NCBI GenBank assembly: GCA_951406725.2 | Contig: OX597832.1 | Coordinates: forward strand, 11,904,001 to 11,968,000 | Origin: Octopus vulgaris | Taxonomy: Eukaryota | Reading direction: 5' to 3' | DNA length: 64,000 bases | Shown: one piece after another, positions 28,285-40,759 of the stretch | How the letters are laid out: every line of letters starts with the position of its first letter | How positions within the stretch are numbered: position 1 is the first letter of the stretch | The notes under the pieces: generated by a model | Told to the model about the DNA's origin: nothing | Databases searched by the model: none | The model's input: only the letters and a program-made list of their open reading frames with translations | Translations under genes and position numbers: made by a program

Positions 28285-28480
28285 ATGTTTGTATGTCTGT
28301 ATTTGTCCCCCCCAACATCGCTTGACAACCGATGCTGGTGTGTTTACATCCCCGTAACTTAGCAGTTCGGCAAAAGACGCCGATAGAATAAGTACTAGGC
28401 TTCCAAAGAATAAGTCCTGGTGTCGATTTGCTCGACTGAAGGCGGTGCTCCACACTCAAATGACTGAAACAAGTGAAAGA
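28072..28480 (+). mobile_element. Family B SINE, full length
   Basis: Head, CORE-like ACCTTGGGCAAGTG, internal (TA)n(TG)n, 3' domain and (GA)n tail. Confidence 0.88.
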
Positions 28481-28687
28481 GAGAGAGAGAGAGAGAGATA
28501 TCGAGCATGACAATACAATTTAATATAAAATTTGAAAACGCAAACATAATCAAAGATACACAGAAATTATAATATAGGATAATATAATGTATTGGGACTT
28601 GCTAAAATTTAGGCTCAGATATGCTCCGTAGATAAATATATGTGCAATTGCATACTTTCATTCCCTTTAATGCCAGTGCATTTTGCC

Positions 28688-28731
<44 letters not shown>

Positions 28732-28759
28732 ACGCACACGCACATACACACACATAACT

Positions 28760-29112
28760 TCTATTCTTTTGCTTGCTTCAGTAATTTGACTGCGGCCATG
28801 CTGGGGCTACGCCTTGAATGGTTTTTGTTGAACAAATTGACCCCAGGACTTATTTCTTACGACTAGTACTTATTCTATCGACCTCTTTCGACGAGGCGCT
28901 ATGCTACGTGGACTTAAACGCACCAAAACCGGTTGTCAAGCGGTGATGAGGAACAAGCACAGATTGAATGCATACACACACACGCACACACACATACATA
29001 CATACATACATATATATTTATACGATGGGTTTCTTTCAGTTTCCGTTTACCAAATTCAATTACAAGGCTATATAGTAGTAAACACTTGCCGAAGATGTTT
29101 ATATATATATAA

Positions 29113-29165
<53 letters not shown>

Positions 29166-29462
29166 TTGTGTGTCTATGTTTGCCCCCATCCCCAATATCG
29201 CTTAACCACCGATGCTGGTGTGTTTATGTTCCCGTACATTAGCGGTTCGGCAATAAACAAAAAAAAAAAACCTATAGAATAAATACTAGGCTTACAAGGA
29301 ATAAATCCTGGGTCGTCGATTTGCTCAACTAGAGGTGGTGCTCCGATATGGCCGTAGTCAAATGACGAAGAAGTAAAAGAGTAAAAGAATATATATATAT
29401 AACTAGAGGTGGTGCTCCGATATGGCCGCAGTCAAATGACTGGAAGAAGTAAAAGAGTAAAA

Positions 29463-29465
<3 letters not shown>
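28760..29465. mobile_element. Inverted pair of family B SINE pieces (minus 28760-29095, plus 29165-29465) with a ~74-bp tandem duplication of the tail
   Basis: Reverse-complement 3' domain at 28760-28950. AACTAGAGGTGGTGCTCCGATATGGCCG.AGTCAAATGAC occurs twice (29327, 29401). Confidence 0.8.
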
Positions 29466-29505
<40 letters not shown>

Positions 29506-29621
29506 CAAGATAGGAGTGCGTGGTGTTTCATTAAATAAGTTAAAAAACAATACATACACAAACAGGTCACACACACTCACAGACTCACACACTCACAGAC
29601 TCTCACACACACACTCACAGA

Positions 29622-29653
<32 letters not shown>

Positions 29654-30574
29654 TTTGGTATTTAGCAAACGAGTGAAAAAATATTATCGATTAATATGGC
29701 GTTCACATACACCAGATCACATAGACCACATTTTTCAAGATGAATCAAAACATCTCTTGGCAGAGACACGAAACCAAGGCAACAAAAAAAAAGAAAGAAA
29801 AGAAAAACGAAAAAACTAATGGACACCCTGCATCCATCTCGGTTGCTTAACACAGGTTAAGTTTTACTGGGAGTACAGAGCAACACAGCATATCAGATGT
29901 TATAGTTTTGAGACTTCCACAACCTAATAGATTATTACAAAGCCTACTCAATTGAATATAATATTATTTTTAATAGTGACGCATAACGATGAAATTTAGA
30001 TCGACAACGATAAAAAGAAAAGAATTGTTCTTTTCTTTTTAACACACCGTGTCTAGGAAGAGATTTTCTCTTCCGCAAAAAGCACAGCGCAATTATAAAT
30101 TTTATCATAACAATACCTGTAGAGCATAGTTTATATTTTCATATTTGGTGTGATCTGTGGACTAACTATTACAAGTAAAAGAGAACTATGAATACACAGG
30201 GCTAAATTTATTCTTAGAGTTGCACGAGGTGATCTAAGGGAGATAACTCTTATGGGATTTAATTTCCTAAAACCAGTTAGATTCAAACACACAAAGTGAG
30301 AATAAGAGAAATTTCTTCATACTTTCGTCTCTAAAATTCCTTATTTCGTAAGAAAGAATTGAAGGAAAATCCGGTAAATTTTCTATCTTAATAAACTGAA
30401 GCAACGTGAGCTATAGCGCTATGCCCAAGGGCAAAACACGCACGCTCCCAATGATCCTATGATCCCTTGATCAGGAGCTGAAAAGTTTTAACCACTAGGC
30501 TGCGCAGCTCCATAAACACAGACTCGTAATCTTTATCATACACACTCATATATATACGCACCTACATACATACA

Positions 30575-30607
<33 letters not shown>

Positions 30608-30682
30608 GAGTTAAAACTTACTTGGAAGAGAATGCGTGGCGTTACGCATTTATCTCCTTCTCTCAAACACTTTTTCGCCTCC

Positions 30683-30721
<39 letters not shown>

Positions 30722-31074
30722 GTAAATGTATATATACGCGAGACGTCTTTACTGTACATAAACGATGAGATAAAACGCGCCAACGATGAGAATGATGGTT
30801 CTAAAAGGTCATTTGATCCTTTACTTATTGTCTTGTATATCCTTTATCCATTCTTGATGCTTATGTTTGTTATAGTACTTAAGCTGATGTGAATACTTTC
30901 CTCAAAGACACAAACGATACGTGAGCTACATTACAAGTGATAAAAAAAATAATGAAGATAAAAATAAAACAGCAGCAAATAAAATAAGCCATCTTGATTC
31001 ATTCCATCATCCTCAGAAAAATATTCCGTTGTGCGTGTGTGTGTATACATATATATGTATTTGTATAAATATTT

Positions 31075-31139
31075 ATGTATATAAATATATATATGTTTAT
31101 ACATATGTGTATATGTATATCTATATGCATATGTATATA

Positions 31140-31200
<61 letters not shown>

Positions 31201-31236
31201 ATGTTTATACATATGTGTATATGTATATCTATATGC

Positions 31237-31281
<45 letters not shown>

Positions 31282-31305
31282 TATACATATGTGTATATGC
31301 ATATC

Positions 31306-31352
<47 letters not shown>

Positions 31353-31705
31353 TTATACATATGTGTATATGCATATCTATATGTATATGTGTATATATAT
31401 ATATATGTTTATACATATGTGTATATGTATATCTATATGTATATATATATATATGTTTATACATATGTGTATATGTATATCTATATCTATATATATATAT
31501 GTTTATACATATGTGTATATGTATATCTATATGCATATATATATATATATATACATGTTTATATGTATATCTATATGCATATATATATATATACATGTTT
31601 ATATGTATATCTATATGCATATATATATATATACATGTTTATATGTATATCTATATGCATATATATATATATACATGTTTATATGTATATCTATATATAT
31701 ATATA
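31075..31705. repeat. Higher-order compound microsatellite
   Basis: Unit (TA)n-TGTTTATACATATGTGTATATGTATATCTATATG, changing to a shorter 40-bp unit near 31540. Confidence 0.9.
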
Positions 31706-32129
31706 TATACAATATACTTACATGCACACATACACATGTTTGTGTGTATATAAATATATATATATATATATATGCATATATATGTATGTGTGTATATATT
31801 ATATGGGTGCTTTTGTGAGTAAGTCTTAGATATATGTGGGGTGTGTTTTGTACATGTATGTGCGTATTGTGGATCTACTCATACCTGAATCTTAGAAAAT
31901 AGTCCTATCTATTGTTATTTTATCGTTCATCAAAAAAAAAAATTGTGAGCAATTATACTTCTTAGATCCGTATGTTCTTTCTGCATTTGTCAGATAATCT
32001 AACTGGCCATCTTCTCGTAAACCGAACATTGATCCTTCCATTCTATCGATTGCATGCGTATGAGGATATCGACATTACACACACAACTGAGCATAAAAGT
32101 CGCATCACGATTCTATTGCAACAAAATGG

Positions 32130-33720
32130 CGGTGAAGGGGCAGAAGATTTACAGCCCCGGGTGCTAAGCGTTGCAGTTCTTCTTCCAGATCATAACGTAT
32201 CGAGTTCACATTCCATCCGAATCAACTTATCTTTTCTTTTACAAGAAGTTGTGAAAATCCTGCAAAGTGGCAAAGTCGTTAGCAAGCCGTACAATATTTC
32301 AGTCCGTCTTTACATTCTAAGTTCGAATTCCGCCGGTATGGACTTTGATTTTCTTCCGTTCGGGTTCGCTAATATAAGTGGCCGTTGTAAGGCGGCGAGC
32401 TAGCAGAATCATTAGCACGCCGGGCGAAATGTGTAGCCGTATTTCGTCTACCGTTACTTTCTGAGTTCAAATTACGCCGGGGTCGACTTTGCCTTTCATC
32501 CTTTCGGGGTCGATAAATTAAGTACCAGTTACGCACTGTGGTCGATGTGATCGACTTAATCCTTTTGTCTGTCCTCGTTTGTCCCTTCTGTGTTTATCCC
32601 CTTGTGGGTAGTAAAGAAATAGGTATTTCGCCTGTCTTTACGTTCTGCGTTCAAGTTCCGCCGAGGTCGACTATGTCTTTCATCCTTTCGGGGTCGATTA
32701 AATTAAGTACCAGTTGCATCATGGGGTCAATCTAATCAGCTGGCCCCATGTCTCCCAATTTAGGGCATTGTACCTAGAGTAGAAAAGAATATAAGTACCT
32801 GTTGAGCTTTGTGACTGTTGTAATTGATTAGGCCCTATCGCCCCCCCCCCCAAAAAAAAAATTTCAGTCATTGTACCTATACTAGAAAGGGGTTATTAAA
32901 GGCGGTGAGTTGGTAGAGTCATTAGCATACCGGATGTAATTGACAAGCTTTCTCTCTCCAACGTCTGCCGTTACGTTCTGAGTTTAATTTCCGCTGAGGT
33001 CGACTTTGCCTTTCATCTTTTCGGGGTCGATAAATTAAGAACTAGTTACGTACTGGGGTCTATGTAATCGACTTAATCCGTTTGTGTGTCCTTGTTTGTC
33101 CCCTCTATGTTTAGCCCCTTGTGGGTAATAAAGAAGCAGGTATTTCGTCTATCTTAACGCCCTAAGTTCAAACTCCGCCGAGGTCGACTTTGCTTTCATC
33201 CTTTCGGAGTCTAGAAAGTGAGTACCAGTTGCGTGCTGGGGTCGATCTAATCGACTGGCCCCTCACCCAAAATTTCGGGTCTTGTGCCTATAGTAGAAAA
33301 TAATATTATTAAGGTAGCGAGCTGGCGGAATCGTTAGCACTTCGGGTAAAATGTCTATCCGGATTTCATCCGTCTTTCCGTTCTGAGTTCAAAATCCACC
33401 AAGGTCGTCTTTCTGGAGTCGATAAAATAAGTACCAGTTGGGTACTGGGAGTCGATGCAATTTACTTACAGTCTCTCCCAAAATTGCTGACCTCGTATCA
33501 AGATTGTAAATCAATGGTATCTAATAACCGTCTCCCAATTAATATTTAGGTACCATGTCTCTTTTAGGCACAACATTTACTGATGCATCGTAGATCGTCA
33601 TCTTGTCGGCTTTTTACATTCTAATTTCAAATCCCATCAAGCTCAGCTTTGCCCTTCATACTTCCAAGGTCAACTGCAGAAGCATTTTAGCATTGACTAA
33701 TGTCTCCTACAAATTTTAGA
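32130..33720 (+). mobile_element. Head-to-tail array of family A SINE units
   Basis: At least 7 repeats of GTTCTGAGTTCAAATTCCGCCGAGGTCGACTTTGCCTTTCATCC-like units in the same orientation. Confidence 0.88.
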
Positions 33721-34395
33721 CCTTGTGTCTTTGATGAATTTTATTCAGTAGAACGAGATTCATTTTATAATTTTACAAAAGCAAAAGAGACATATGTGCA
33801 TTTAGTGTAGTCCACCATTGAAATAAATCCGGCCAGGTCTTCGGTTTGGTTATGAATTCTTCCCATTATCGGTATTCTTAGAAAGGGTCTTTATGTTGCT
33901 CCCCCCCCCCGCCACCAATGCAGATAAAGCTATTGAAAACATTTTTGGTTTTTCTTTGTTATAATAGGCACCACCGTGAACTTTTGCCAATGACCGCACA
34001 GGCATATTTCTTCGCTCATTTATCAGATATAATTTGCTTAGATAAATATAAAAGAAAGACCCGTTCTAAGTTTATTATGTGTTCTCTCAGTATATTCACA
34101 GAATTTCCTCTCAGAGGGCTTCAAGACACTTTCTTTGTATGAGATACAAAATGAAAGCCATGGACTTCGTTCGAATTTCTTCGCACAATTCACTGGGGAT
34201 AAATAATGTTCCCTCTTCCTGCTAACACGTGGAGATAATCTCGTATATGCTGGCTCACACGCACTGAAGCGCAAACGTTCGCCCAGGTACATATGCATTG
34301 TTATCAAACTATTCACAAATATTAAAATATATAATGAACATACATGGATGTATGTATGAAATATGCATACATAACCACGCGCATACACACACATA

Positions 34396-34437
<42 letters not shown>

Positions 34438-34973
34438 ACCATACACAGTTACACTTGCAAAGTGAAAGCCGACACATGCGTAATTGGTTACAATAGATTT
34501 AATCTGTAGCACAACTGCAATCTCTCAAATACATACATACATACGTAGACAGACAGACACGTATGTTCACACAATATATGTATACATGTGCGTATATGAA
34601 TGTATAAAAGACAGAGTACATACTATGCAGAATATATTGTAGGTTTAGAAATCTGTAATCCAGAAATTGCTCGATATTTAGCATCAAATTTCCTTACCAG
34701 TCTTTCAGAATATTTTCTTAAATGCACGAACAACTGGACGAAAAATTGTAGCGTGCTATGTGCATACACAAAGACAGCACATCTAATAGTTTTCCATATA
34801 GTTTTAGATATGCTTTTAGTTAAAATATGTGTACCGCAAGTGAAAAAAAGGTTACGGAAAAGAGATAGATAGATGGTAAAGGGAAAAATTAATTAATTAA
34901 TTAATCAATTAATAATTAATAATTTTACCAAGTAGTTCGGTAAGTTAAAAGAACCATTGTCGGTAAAACTTTA

Positions 34974-35136
34974 AAACAATTTCTTATAATTATGAGCATA
35001 ATTATAATCAGGGTTTGGGAGATTTTCTTTTGGTAGAGAAATAGCGAGTGCTGGCTGCTATTTCTAAATTTCGCTATGTGGTGAAGTAAATTTCTTTGCT
35101 AAACCCTAATTATAATTATACTCATAAGAATTGTTT
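34974..35136. mobile_element. Small MITE-like element / inverted repeat
   Basis: Left arm AAACAATTTCTTATAATTATGAGCATAATTATAATCAGGGTTT; right arm reverse complement AAACAATTCTTATGAGTATAATTATAATTAGGGTTT. Confidence 0.6.
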
Positions 35137-35493
35137 ATATATATATATATATAAATAAAGAACAATCTTATTTAGAAAGGGATGCGTGCGTTTTCGTTTC
35201 TCATTGTGTTCGACGTTTTTTTTTTGGTGTCCTGTACCCATATATGCATGTATATATACATGTAGATGTAGGTACGTACATATATGTATGTATATATGCA
35301 TATGTTTTATTTATTTATTAATTTATATGTATATATGTATAGATAGGTAGGTAGGTAGGTAGGTAGGTAGGCAGGCAGATAGATAGATAGATTGATAGAT
35401 AGATGGATAGATGAAGAAAGAGATTGAGAGACGGGCAGGCAAATAAGCAGACATATAGGGGACAGACATAGGTAGGCAGACTAAAATTGCGCA

Positions 35494-35727
35494 AGGCGGC
35501 GAGCTGGCACCAACGTTAGCACGTCGGACGAAATGCTTAGCGGTATTTCGTCTGCGTTACGTTGTGAGTTCAAATTCCACCGAGGTCAACTTTGCCTTTC
35601 ATCCTTTCGGGGTCGATAAATTAAGTACCAGTTACGCACTGGAGTCGATGTAATCGACTTAATACCTATGCCTGTCCTTGTTTGTCCCCTCTGTGTTTAG
35701 CCCCTTGTGGGTAATAAAGAAATAGGT
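35494..35727 (+). mobile_element. Family A SINE, single well-preserved unit
   Basis: AGGCGGCGAGCTGGCA...GAGTTCAAATTCC...GGGTAATAAAGAAATAGGTA. Confidence 0.9.
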
Positions 35728-35940
35728 AATATTAATCTGCATTTGTCACGTAGCAGAAAATTAATACGTGGAAAATATAGTAACGGGGTGAGCTGACAGA
35801 ATCTTTAGTGCAGGAGTCAAAATGCAGTAACACTTCAATTCTTTACATTCTGATTTCAAATTCCACCAAGTTCAACATTTTCTTTCATTTCTTACTATAA
35901 AACTTTTGTCAAGCAATTGTCTTCTTATATTCGCCTAAAT

Positions 35941-36304
35941 CAGGGATTCTCAACCATTTTTTTTTTTACCTATGGACCTTTTCGATTAATGTCTTACTCT
36001 GGTGGACCCCAATAGCGCGTTGATGTTTAAAAACTGGTTTTATAGATACTTCTTTCAAAATTCCTATTTTGGTTTTCACACATTGTGTAGGTTGAATTTC
36101 GTAAAATGTTAGAGAAAGAAACCTAGCTGTTTCTTGTAATACATACCAATACACACACATATATATATATATATATAAAGCAATCTTTTTCAGGGGCGCT
36201 TAAAATAAAATTGTGGATTTCCAGTTTATCATTTCATTGTGTGGATAACACAAAATCTTAAACGGACCATCAGGTGCCATATGGCACCGATTGTGAATCA
36301 GTGG
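35941..36304. mobile_element. Possible hAT-type MITE
   Basis: Left end CAGGGATTCTCAACC; right end reverse complement CACTGATTCACAATC (imperfect TIR). TSD not resolved. Confidence 0.45.
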
Positions 36305-37434
36305 GTCAAACTTTCCTGGATATTTCTGATCTTATGCGTATCTTAGGAAAACATCGTCAATTTGTAACACTAGAGATTGCTGCCAACACGTACACACACA
36401 CACACACACACACACACAATAGGTAAACACCCATCTCTTTCTTGCAAATAAACCAGTGCATACATCTAAAGTAAATAAGTTCAGGGGCTCTTAAAGTACA
36501 ATTGTCGATCTCCAATCCATTATTTCGTTATGAAGACGCCACCACAAAAAAAGAAGAAGAAAATCTGATACGGACGCCCAGGAACCACATGGATCCTGAT
36601 GAGTATCACTGGATCAAACCTTTTTGAGAATGGAGATCCTTTCTGGTTTATGCGTAACTTAGAGAAAAATATCGCCCATTTTTAACACTGAAAATTGCTG
36701 CGAACACTTATACACACACACATTTCCACACACACATCTTATTATCTACCAACGCACAATCATACAAACACAAACATATTCAATCTCTAGAGCGAACCCT
36801 CTGTTAATAAAGATAAAAAAAGAAAGAAATGAGTAAAATAGCGTAAGCCTTAACAATAAAATCAAAGAAGAAAAAAATTAATGAGCAAAATATCTCATTA
36901 TTTGAAATTTTCCCCGGCACGTTCGTGCCAGAGCGTACCTTGTTTTATATGCGTGTATTTGTGTATGTGTGTAGAACAGGAAATATTTTGCTATTTTTTT
37001 CCGTACCCATGGCTAATGATAAAAGATTTCTAATTTGTCACTGATAATGAAGAGAAATTCAAAGAATGTAATTAAGGAAGCATACATACATACAAACATA
37101 CATACATACACGCACACACACACACGCGCACACACATATATATACATATATATACTGTGGAGAGGAGCCATTTTGAGAATAAAATAAATGATATTTGTAT
37201 TATTCTATTCACAAGCCAATGAAGACAAGACCATACTGTACAAATGCATATATATGTGTATATCTGCGTATGCATACTCACACACGCACACATATATATA
37301 TAAAGCTGTATATTTGTATGTATATATGTTGCTATATGTGTATGTATATATATTTATATACCTATATATGTATGTATATATATATAATTACATATATAAA
37401 TATATGTATATATATACATACACATATGTATGCT

Positions 37435-37487
<53 letters not shown>

Positions 37488-37968
37488 ACATATATATATA
37501 TATATATACACGCATGTAAGTTTGCATATATATATTCATAAACACACATATAGTTGCACTAATGTGTATCTATCTGTTGTATTTTAACAATTGGAAACAA
37601 TCCCTTATCTTAATTAAAACACTCATCGTTAATTACCTGGTCATGCACATAAGCTACAATTAAATTTCGATTAGTCTTTCCTGAATACTTTTCAACCTAG
37701 AGTAAATTAATAAGCTTTTTTCTCTTCTTTTGCCTTTCTCATTCTGTGCTCCGTCTTTTAACTCTCTCTCTCTATCTCTCTCTCTCTCTCCTTGCTCCCC
37801 TTTTCGTTCTATTCTTATATATATATACGATCACACCTACAAACACAATCGCACAAGCATATAACGATTGAACACATGCACGTATACATATAAAAATACG
37901 TGCGTGCTTATATGTATGTAAATACGCTCATATATGCATATCTGTACATATGTGTGTGTGTGCATATC

Positions 37969-38000
<32 letters not shown>

Positions 38001-38019
38001 ACGGGAAGCTTTATGAGAA

Positions 38020-38367
38020 TAAACAAAAGACGAAGGCAGGTGGAGTACAAACAAACAATTGTATTAGTATGGCGCTCAGGAATATAAATAAAACAAGTCT
38101 TTTACGTTTCGAGCCTACGCTCTTCAACAGAAAGATACACAGAAAAGAAACACGGAGAGAAAAAAGGAGAGAAAAAAAATGCGTGCAGTAAACAAAAGAC
38201 GAAGGCAGGTGGAATACAAACAAACAATTGTATTAGTATGGCGCTCAGGAATATAAATAAAACAAGTCTTTTACGTTTCGAGCCTACGCTCTTCAACAGA
38301 AAGATACACAGAAAAGAAACACGGAGAGAAACAAGGAGAGAAACAAGGAGAAAAAAAATGCGTGCAG
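38020..38367 (-). repeat. 169-bp tandem duplication, each unit carrying a minimal hammerhead-like motif (retrozyme or PLE pseudo-LTR like)
   Basis: Units start at 38020 and 38189 and are near identical. Minus strand: TCTTT-CTGTTGA-A-GAGC-GTAG-GCTC-GAAA-C-GTA-AAAGA at 38098-38135 and 38267-38304. Confidence 0.75.
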
Positions 38368-38408
38368 AAGCTAGCGATTCAACATGGCGATCTGATTCCG
38401 GCCAGAAG

Positions 38409-38442
<34 letters not shown>

Positions 38443-39159
38443 ATATCTATATATCAACCAGATGAGATGAATTAAACACACCAAAGACAGCGCATGAAAT
38501 GCACTGTCTTTAGTGTGTATTTTACAAACCGTGTGACGGACAGTTATGTTTTTAATTGATCGCTAAATATATTATCTTTTAGACAATACCTAATAACTGA
38601 GGGATAGACCGGAAGGTAGGCAGAATAGAAAAGGCATTATGAAAATGTATGAATATTTGTCGTTAGTAGCGCACAAGTAATTTATCAATGATTTGTTTTA
38701 CCGTGGTTTATTTCTACTGCGTACAACTAATGAACTATTCACGCTTAATTTTAATCACTTATATGTGTTTGTGATAGTTTCTATGCGATATGCTATAGAT
38801 AAGTTGTCCAGTATCTTTTGACTGGTTTAAACTCTAAACACCTATCTTTACACTCTCAGATGTCTGTGCTAATATATATATACATATACATGTATGTCTG
38901 TGTGTGTGTATGTGTTTGTACACACATATGTCACGTATGTATTCATTAACATATATTTAGTTACATATATCCCTGCACTTAAATCTAAAGTAACATCAAG
39001 AAATTTGACTCGGTTGTGTTCGATCTCTAGTGATATGGATAATTCCAGGTTCTTTAAGAATTAAAAAATAACTCTCTATACCACCCTATCTCTAGGTTTG
39101 AAGCGTTAATCAGGTTGGAAAGTGCATCATCCCTGTATTGACCCCGCTCCTATTTGAAG

Positions 39160-39505
39160 TAATACAACACTTCGCAAATATCTTTCAAGTAAAACCGCCA
39201 ATAGAAGAGAATATGACCAAAAACTGCGTGTATTCCATGCCATGCAGCTGTGGTAGGTTATACAAAGGCGAAACATTCCGCCCCCTCAAAATAAAGATAG
39301 AAGAACATCGGAAATCTGTGATACAAGTAGATATTTATAAATCGGGTATAGCAAATCATGTATGGAAAATGGTGACCGCCTCCTCCTGTAGGATGAAGCT
39401 AAAATAATAGACAGAGACCACCCCTGGAAAATACGAAAACAGAAAGAAGCAGCACATATGCTAGAACACATCCTCCTAAGCAGACCGAATGCAGGCAGTG
39501 ACCTG
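39160..39505 (+). pseudogene. Frameshifted GIY-YIG endonuclease of a Penelope/Poseidon-type PLE
   Basis: KNCVYSMPCSCGRLYKGETFRPLKIKIEEHRK...KSGIANHVW, continuing in another frame as EAKIIDRDHPWKIRKQKEAAHM...LLSRPN. Confidence 0.85.
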
Positions 39506-39571
39506 AATAATAATAATAATAACATCGAAAAATTCTTTACGAATGAGAACCCAGGTTCGAAATTTCCTCAA

Positions 39572-39614
39572 GACACCTGATGAAGGCTGGAGAGTATATC
39601 AGCCGAAACGTGTT
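39572..39614 (+). ncRNA. Minimal type I hammerhead motif, probably damaged at the 3' side
   Basis: GACAC-CTGATGA-A-GGCTG-(GAGAGTATAT)-CAGCC-GAAA-C-GTGTT. The stem I partner GTGTT overlaps stem III, which suggests a small deletion. Confidence 0.7.
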
Positions 39615-40436
39615 ATGCATAAACAAGACGAGGACAAATATCCGCCAAATGTAAATATTAAAAAAAAAAAAACATTTGTCATTACTATTAGAAGTTTACC
39701 ATTACACTAATTTCGAAGAGAATATTCTTAGTTTAGAGCTTTTCAATCAAATTTGATCTAATTTCACTTCTTGTTTTCACAATTTACTTGCATGAAAGCA
39801 TCTTAGAGCACGTTCTTGTCTTGTGTTTATTGGATTAAATTTACAAATAAAAATTTGGTACATTTCTTCTACGCAAGAGTCGCATCTCTAACCTCCTATT
39901 ATATAAGGTTTATCCTTACTAATGATATCCCATCCAATTGAATATATTTTGTTACAATCTTTCAGCAACCAATTTAATTTACTTAGACCAGTGTAATTTC
40001 CTTGTCCTTGTCCTGAAAGACTTTTCGTGATTAGCTTTTCATTGTTTAATAATACGTGAGCTATGTAGACATTCCTTTTGTCTTCTGATGTAACTTTACA
40101 CCTACAAAGCACATTTTCACTCTTACATTCAAAGTTTAAATAATATTATCTATCTCTTGAGCAATCACAGATATTAGATTTTCTAATTTTGTTATTATTT
40201 TCTTTCTTTCTCTCTCTCTCTCCCCACACGCAAACACACACATATATATGCATTAATAAATATCAGGACACTATTTATTAATTATTAATAATTTTTAGCA
40301 AATTTTCGAAGCAAGTAGGCATTATTTTTATTTGCTGCCGACAAAAAACGGCGCCTGCGCGGTGGATTTGAAAAAATTATATGTAAGCACAAGGCATGTA
40401 CTGTATTGCTTCGTATTTAATGTTAACCTTGGCGTC

Positions 40437-40505
40437 CCTGCTGATGAGAGCTCCGCCTAGCAAATTACTTTATTGCTAATTTAGAGTTTGAAACCATGGT
40501 CCAGG
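40437..40505 (+). ncRNA. Type I hammerhead ribozyme, canonical core
   Basis: Stem I CCTG/CAGG; CTGATGA 40441-40447; stem II GAGCTC/GAGTTT plus TAGCAA/TTGCTA; GAAA 40490-40493; palindromic stem III ACCATGGT; GUC site 40499-40501. Confidence 0.88.
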
Positions 40506-40655
40506 AGATAGATGGTGAATGTTTATATTTTTCATTCCCTTCGAAATATATCCCTATTAGTGGTTTGAGTTTTGGTTACTCCTTCTAGCGTGTTAGGTGT
40601 CCTATGATGGTCATCTCTTATGTGTTTAAATGTACACTGTATATATGCATATATG

Positions 40656-40715
<60 letters not shown>

Positions 40716-40759
40716 TGTAAGTACATATATGTGTATATTAGTATATTAATATTTATATA

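Noticed and set aside
31972-32403. 143-aa ORF
   Set aside because: Mostly read-through of SINE sequence; no domain.
36596-36622. CTGATGAG motif (also 50288, 51205, 59309)
   Set aside because: No GAAA correctly placed after a paired stem II.
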